41,876 nt of DNA from Gracilimonas sp. GTDB lineage: Bacteria; Bacteroidota; Rhodothermia; Balneolales; Balneolaceae. Each line of letters begins with the position of its first letter. Position 1 is the first letter of the stretch. A model generated the notes under the pieces. That model searched no databases and was not told where the DNA came from. It saw only the letters and a program-made list of their open reading frames with translations. The stretch covers positions 1 to 41,876 of the forward strand of contig JBDNFJ010000131.1 in NCBI GenBank assembly GCA_041689895.1, given 5' to 3'. The translations under genes and the position numbers were made by a program. Below are positions 36,923 to 41,876 of the stretch, in pieces.

Positions 36923-37223
36923 ACCTGATATCTCTTTCTATAATACTCCCAAAAAGTTTGCTTATAGATTTGTCCGTTAGTAAATCAATTTTTTGGTCAA
37001 GGAAGTCTTCGAGGAAGAAGGCCAAGTTCATAAGATTGCCAAAAGATTTCATACCTGGCCTAAATTCAACATAAAAATCAACATCACTCTTTTCTGTCTG
37101 CACATCCTTAGCGTAAGAGCCGAATAAACCCAGTTTGGATACACCAAATGCCTGTATTTGCTTTCGGTTTTTTTCCAGAAGCTCCACAATTTGTTCTTTG
37201 GTATGTAGGGTTTTAACGTCCAT
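36909..37223 (-). CDS. MntA-like minimal nucleotidyltransferase antitoxin
   Basis: LFGS-YAKDVQTEKS-DVD (GSX10DXD), overlapping the HEPN gene. Confidence 0.9.
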   Translation of the reverse strand: MDVKTLHTKEQIVELLEKNRKQIQAFGVSKLGLFGSYAKDVQTEKSDVDFYVEFRPGMKSFGNLMNLAFFLEDFLDQKIDLLTDKSISKLFGSIIERDIRYVRL

Positions 37224-37259
37224 ACGCTAATTTAAGGTAAACCGTAATAAATTATACTA

Positions 37260-38267
37260 TTAGTTGAACTGCTTCAGAAATCGCACATCATTTTCATAAA
37301 ACGTACGAATGTCGTCGATGCCATGTCGCAGGATGGCGATACGTTCTACACCCATTCCCCAAGCAAATCCGGTATATTTCTCGGGATCTACACCGGCAGA
37401 TTTAAATACATTGGGATCTACCATTCCCGAACCGAGGATCTCCAACCATTTTCCATCTTTTTCTGAGCCCCACCAAATATCCATTTCGAGGCTGGGTTCG
37501 GTAAAAGGGAAGAAGCCAGGGCGCAGTCGATATTTTACATCAGTGCCAAACATCAGCTTAACAAATGTAATAAGCGTTTGTTTGAGGTCAGCTACGCTCA
37601 CATTTTCATCTACATAAAGCGCTTCTACCTGATGGAATAAGAAATAGGATTTAGGCGAAACGGCTTCGTTGCGGTACACACGTCCGGGCATAATAGCTCG
37701 AATGGGTGGCTCCGTTTTTTCCATTAGTCTAATTTGAACGGGCGAAGTGTGCGTGCGGAGTACCAGATCCTGAATATTTGGATCATCGCTTTTTCGAATA
37801 AAAAAAGTATCCTGTTCATCTCGGGCCGGGTGATTAGGAGGGAAATTAAGTGCGGTGAAATTATGGAAGTCATCTTCGATCTCTGGACCATCGGCAATGG
37901 TAAAACCGAGTCGGTAAAAAATGGACTTCATCTCTTCCAGCGTTTGTGTGAGAGGGTGGAGGGAACCCAGAGGGTAGGAAGCAGGGGTTAAGGTGATGTC
38001 GTCTTTTGCGCTAAAAATTCGACTTTCGTTTTGGGCCAGTTTAGCTTTGGCATCTTCGAATATAGATTCTGCCAGTACTTTAACCTGATTCATGGCCTTC
38101 CCAACTTCAGCGCGGTCTTCTTTGGCAACGCTTCCCATTTTCTTGAACATGGATTGTACTTTCCCATTTCGGGATAGAAACTCAAGTCGGAAATCTTCCA
38201 GTTCTTTTTCGTTTGAAATAGATAAGCTTTGTACTTCTTCCTGTAATGCTTTTATGTCATCAAGCAT
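37260..38267 (-). CDS. pheS: Phenylalanine-tRNA ligase alpha subunit
   Basis: GSLHPL, NFTALNFPPNHPARD, LRTHTSPVQIR, FHQVE, FPFTEPS, GFAWGMGVER. Start likely MLDDIK at 38267. Confidence 0.97.
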   Translation of the reverse strand: MLDDIKALQEEVQSLSISNEKELEDFRLEFLSRNGKVQSMFKKMGSVAKEDRAEVGKAMNQVKVLAESIFEDAKAKLAQNESRIFSAKDDITLTPASYPLGSLHPLTQTLEEMKSIFYRLGFTIADGPEIEDDFHNFTALNFPPNHPARDEQDTFFIRKSDDPNIQDLVLRTHTSPVQIRLMEKTEPPIRAIMPGRVYRNEAVSPKSYFLFHQVEALYVDENVSVADLKQTLITFVKLMFGTDVKYRLRPGFFPFTEPSLEMDIWWGSEKDGKWLEILGSGMVDPNVFKSAGVDPEKYTGFAWGMGVERIAILRHGIDDIRTFYENDVRFLKQFN

Positions 38268-38503
38268 AAGATGCTTTTTATGAATTAGTAAGTGAGTTTG
38301 CTGCATCGCGGAGCGTAAGCAGCAGGGGTAAATATATTTAGTGAGTAGGATAAAGTCATCTTGCGAGTGATTCCAATTTCAAATGGTTTATCTTCACACG
38401 GTTGTCAATAAATTGGTTTCTGCTTAGCAGAAATGAGTTCGAATATTATAGGTATTCTGGAAACTAAATTTAGAATCTTGAATAGGTGATAACATTAGTT
38501 CCC

Positions 38504-38550
38504 AAAAATAAAAAAACCGGCAAACCTTATACAAAAAGACCTACCGGTTA
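38504..38550 (-). terminator. Intrinsic terminator after rplT
   Basis: Minus strand AACCGGTAGGTCTT...AAGGTTTGCCGGTT followed by a long T-tract. Confidence 0.75.
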
Positions 38551-38568
38551 TACTGTTAATTTATACAA

Positions 38569-38916
38569 TTAAGCAGTGGCTTCCTTTACAATAGCAGCAA
38601 ACGTATCTGCATCGCGTACGGCGAGATCGGCAAGAACCTTTCGGTTGATTTCCATATCCTTGGTTTTCATCGCGTGGATGAGTTTAGAATAGGAGATATC
38701 GTTGAGTCTTGCAGCCGCATTAATGCGGATGATCCATAATCGACGGAAATTACGTTTACGATTTTTGCGATCGCGGTATTGGTACAATAGACCTTTTTCA
38801 ACCGCATTCTTAGCAATAGTGTAAACGTTCTTACGCTTGCCCCAGTAACCTTTCGCTTGATTTATAATCTTTTTGCGACGGCGACGGGAAGCCACCAAAT
38901 TTAATGATCGTGGCAT
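38569..38916 (-). CDS. rplT: 50S ribosomal protein L20
   Basis: [40 protein letters not shown]. Confidence 0.98.
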   Translation of the reverse strand: MPRSLNLVASRRRRKKIINQAKGYWGKRKNVYTIAKNAVEKGLLYQYRDRKNRKRNFRRLWIIRINAAARLNDISYSKLIHAMKTKDMEINRKVLADLAVRDADTFAAIVKEATA

Positions 38917-38948
38917 TTTGTCGTTAGTTTAGAATTAAAATTTATGAT

Positions 38949-39146
38949 TTATTTATAGGGGATCTGCCTTTTGATAGACTTTACATCGGCTTTGTCAACC
39001 AATGTGTCTTTTCCAAGCTGTCTCTTAGTTTTACTGCTTTTCTTAGTCAAAATGTGGCTTTTAAAAGCTTTTTTACGCTTAATTTTACCGGAACCGGTAA
39101 CCTTAAATCGCTTTTTAGCACCACTGTTACTTTTCATTTTTGGCAT
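38949..39146 (-). CDS. rpmI: 50S ribosomal protein L35
   Basis: [24 protein letters not shown]...HILTKK. Confidence 0.98.
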   Translation of the reverse strand: MPKMKSNSGAKKRFKVTGSGKIKRKKAFKSHILTKKSSKTKRQLGKDTLVDKADVKSIKRQIPYK

Positions 39147-39221
39147 GGAAATCCACCAACTTTTGTGAAAATTTAAAGACTTATAAAATAGGGAGAATTG
39201 TATCCCTAAGCAACGAAGGAA

Positions 39222-39764
39222 TTAACTTTTAGAAGGGGATAATATCATAATCATCCTCCGGCCTTCCAAATTAGGCTTTGCCTCAATCTTACCTACATCA
39301 GATAGGTCTTTAGCCAGCTGTAAAAGCAATAACTCACCTTTCTCAGTATATAACATATCTCGGCCACGGAATTGGACCGTAGCTTTTACTTTGTCGCCAC
39401 CTTCCAGAAATTCGCGGGCATGGCGTGTTTTGAATTCCAGATCATGATCGTCTGTGTTCGGGCGGAATCGAAGCTCTTTAACAGATATGGTATGCTGCTT
39501 CTTTTTGGCTTCTTTCTCCTTTTTCTTTTTTTCGTACATGAATTTTCCGTAGTCAATCACCTTGCATACCGGGGGCTTGGCGTCGGGTGCAACTTCAACC
39601 AGATCAAGATTGTACGATTCGGCTATTTGGAGGGCGCGCTCTGATGTGGTGATCTCATGTTCATCATCAGGTTTGATTACCCGTACTTTTGCTGCATTAA
39701 CTTCTTCATTAATTCGAGGACGATCTTCTTTGGTAGGTCGTCTCTGAAAGTTTCTTCTTGCGAT
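39222..39764 (-). CDS. infC: Translation initiation factor IF-3, non-AUG (ATC) start
   Basis: The frame is open upstream of the track ORF: ATC GCA AGA AGA...RPRINEEV...VRVI...LDLVEVAPDAKPPVCKVIDYGK. GAGG sits upstream of ATC 39764. 180 aa. Confidence 0.92.
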   Translation of the reverse strand: MARRNFQRRPTKEDRPRINEEVNAAKVRVIKPDDEHEITTSERALQIAESYNLDLVEVAPDAKPPVCKVIDYGKFMYEKKKKEKEAKKKQHTISVKELRFRPNTDDHDLEFKTRHAREFLEGGDKVKATVQFRGRDMLYTEKGELLLLQLAKDLSDVGKIEAKPNLEGRRMIMILSPSKS

Positions 39765-39782
39765 AGTAACCTCGTTGTTTAG

Positions 39783-41726
39783 TTAGTCTTTAGGTAAAGC
39801 TTTAGTGTCAATTTCAGTTTTTACATCTGTAAGAAAATCAGAATATTTGAAAGTTCCAATATCTCCTTTTTTATGGCGACGTACCGAAACGGTTTCATTT
39901 TTTACTTCCTTACTACCCACTATTAACATATATGGGATCTTACTCGTTTCAGCATCTCGGATTTTTCCGCCAATTTGCTCGCTGCGTTTATCTACCTCAA
40001 CGCGAACGCCCTCATCATAAAGCTTCTCATAACAATAATTAGCATACGCATTTTGTTCATCCGAAATAGGAAGGATGCGAACTTGCTCGGGCGACAGCCA
40101 TAATGGGAAATCTCCCGCAAAGTGTTCTATCAAAATACTGGTGAAACGTTCCATGGAGCCAAAAGGCGCACGATGAATAATAACGGGACGATGTTTTTCA
40201 TTATCGGAACCTATATATGTTAGGTCAAAACGCTCCGGCATCACATAGTCAACCTGTACGGTGCCAAGTTGCCATTTACGTCCGATGGCATCACGTATAA
40301 TGAAATCTATTTTTGGGCCGTAGAAACTGGCCTCGCCTAACGCAATGGTGTAATCCAAGCTCATTTCGTCGGCTACTTCTTTAATTTCTTTTTGAGCACG
40401 ATCCCAATACTCAGAATCTCCACCGTATTTCTGTTCGTTATCATCACGATAAGAAAGCCGGATATCTACGGGCATTCCAAAGGTGCTGAATACAAGCTGG
40501 GTGAGTTCTATCGTGTTTTTAATTTCTTGCTTAAGCTGATCGTGCGTGCAGTAAATATGCGCATCATCTTGGGTAAATCCACGGACGCGCGATAATCCAC
40601 TCAGCTCGCCCGATTGCTCGTAACGATACACGGAACCAAATTCTGCCAGACGAAGCGGAAGATCGCGATAGCTACGCATTTCATTGGAATAAATTCTATG
40701 GTGATGCGGGCAGTTCATCGGCTTCAGCATATACTCATCGTCATCCACTTCCATAGGATTGAACTGGGAGTCTTTGTAATAAGGATAGTGCCCCGAAGTT
40801 TTGTACAACTCGATGTTTGCAATATGAGGAGTGATTACCTCTTTATATCCTCGTTTTTTTTGCTCCTCCCGAAGAAAAGCTTCCAAAGTGCGGCGTAAAA
40901 TAGTTCCATTGGGTAACCACATAGGCAAGCCACTGCCTACCATGCTATCGATCATATAAATGCCGAGTTGTTTACCCAGCTTTCGGTGATCCCGTTTTTT
41001 AGCTTCTTCCACCTGGTGCAAGTGTTCTTCCAGCATTTTCTGTTTGGGAAAGCTGATGCCGTAAATGCGAGTTAATTGCTTGCTATCGTTATCACCGCGC
41101 CAGTACGCCCCGGCAAGGCTAGTGAGTTTCACCGCTTTCACATTGCCGGTATTGGGAATGTGTGGGCCACGGCATAAATCAGTAAACTCTCCTTGGGTAT
41201 AAAAGGTGATGGTGCCGTCTTTCAGATCATTAATCAGATCTACTTTATATTCATTGCCTTTTTCTTGATAGAAATTGAGGGCTTCCTTTTTGGTTACGTC
41301 TCTGCGCTCGAAGGTAGATTTCTTGCGAGCCATTGCAATAAAGGTATGCTCAATTTTTGAGAGATCATCTTGCGTAATTTGATCATCCCCAAAATCAATA
41401 TCGTAATAAAAGCCGTTTTCAATGGGAGGTCCAATTCCAAATTTTGCTTTCGGATACAGTTTCTGAATAGCTTCGGCGAGCAGGTGAGCGGATGAATGCC
41501 AAAAGGTGTATTTACCATCCTCATTATCCCAAGTGTTAATGCTGATTTCAGCATTTTCCGTAATAGGGCGGTTGAGATCAACAATCTCTCCGTTTACGGT
41601 GATGCTGAGTGCAGCCCGAGCTAAACCTGCTGCTATAGATTGCGCTACTTCAAAACCCGTAGTTCCTGATGAATATGCTCGTTGTGTTCCGTCGGGTAAA
41701 GTAAGTGTTATGTTGTGGTCTGCCAT
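39783..41726 (-). CDS. thrS: Threonine-tRNA ligase
   Basis: TGS domain, HSSAHLLA, DLCRGPH, AGAYWRG, RDHRKLG, KPMNCPHH, RVRGFTQDDAH, FYGPKID, HRAPFGSMERF. Confidence 0.98.
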   Translation of the reverse strand: MADHNITLTLPDGTQRAYSSGTTGFEVAQSIAAGLARAALSITVNGEIVDLNRPITENAEISINTWDNEDGKYTFWHSSAHLLAEAIQKLYPKAKFGIGPPIENGFYYDIDFGDDQITQDDLSKIEHTFIAMARKKSTFERRDVTKKEALNFYQEKGNEYKVDLINDLKDGTITFYTQGEFTDLCRGPHIPNTGNVKAVKLTSLAGAYWRGDNDSKQLTRIYGISFPKQKMLEEHLHQVEEAKKRDHRKLGKQLGIYMIDSMVGSGLPMWLPNGTILRRTLEAFLREEQKKRGYKEVITPHIANIELYKTSGHYPYYKDSQFNPMEVDDDEYMLKPMNCPHHHRIYSNEMRSYRDLPLRLAEFGSVYRYEQSGELSGLSRVRGFTQDDAHIYCTHDQLKQEIKNTIELTQLVFSTFGMPVDIRLSYRDDNEQKYGGDSEYWDRAQKEIKEVADEMSLDYTIALGEASFYGPKIDFIIRDAIGRKWQLGTVQVDYVMPERFDLTYIGSDNEKHRPVIIHRAPFGSMERFTSILIEHFAGDFPLWLSPEQVRILPISDEQNAYANYCYEKLYDEGVRVEVDKRSEQIGGKIRDAETSKIPYMLIVGSKEVKNETVSVRRHKKGDIGTFKYSDFLTDVKTEIDTKALPKD

Positions 41727-41876
41727 TCAGTTTTATTCTCAAAATTCTTTAAAGGCTTAAGATAAAAAAAATAGCATGTACACACACGCTTAATCTGGCT
41801 AATATTTACTAAAAAAGTTGCATTGGATTTGTTGACTTAGAAAGGTAATATGGCATTCGAAATGAAATAATATCTA

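Noticed and set aside
38424-38495. Possible pheM-like leader peptide MLSPIQDSKFSFQNTYNIRTHFC (minus strand) upstream of pheS
   Set aside because: Only three scattered Phe codons, no RBS, and no terminator/antiterminator with a U-tract before pheS.
41727-41876. T-box or other thrS leader structure
   Set aside because: AT-rich, with no T-box motif or convincing stem visible within the window.

Overview
About 42 kb from an FCB-group bacterium, probably Balneolota/Rhodothermota-like (inferred from the SusC/SusD pair, a 'QNYPNPFNPTT'-type T9SS C-terminal domain and Shine-Dalgarno use). The window has four parts. (1) Bases 1-140 hold the 3' end and right-end hairpins of an IS200/IS605 element. (2) Bases 385-18521 hold a GntR/HutC-regulated polysaccharide utilization locus: two DUF4185/DUF5005-like propeller proteins, a lipoprotein, SusC/SusD, a long PMI-type cupin, MFS, ROK kinase, an unassigned six-hairpin glycosidase-like lipoprotein and a GH92-SGNH fusion. 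A shared palindromic operator candidate lies at two promoters. (3) Bases 18.7-28.3 kb are accessory: KSI-like, thioesterase, USP, cytochrome b and a T9SS cargo protein. They also contain what looks like a decaying integron-like system: an unannotated, frameshifted tyrosine-recombinase N-terminal remnant divergent from an attI-like site, and AT-rich co-oriented cassettes separated by non-canonical AAC...GTT palindromic repeats. (4) Bases 28.4-41.8 kb are mostly core genes (thrS-infC-rpmI-rplT-pheS-pheT-zapB-like-zapA-ymdB-lolD). An MNT-HEPN toxin-antitoxin pair sits between pheS and pheT, pheT carries an in-frame palindromic DNA insertion, and infC starts at AUC. All calls are from reading the sequence; no database searches were run.
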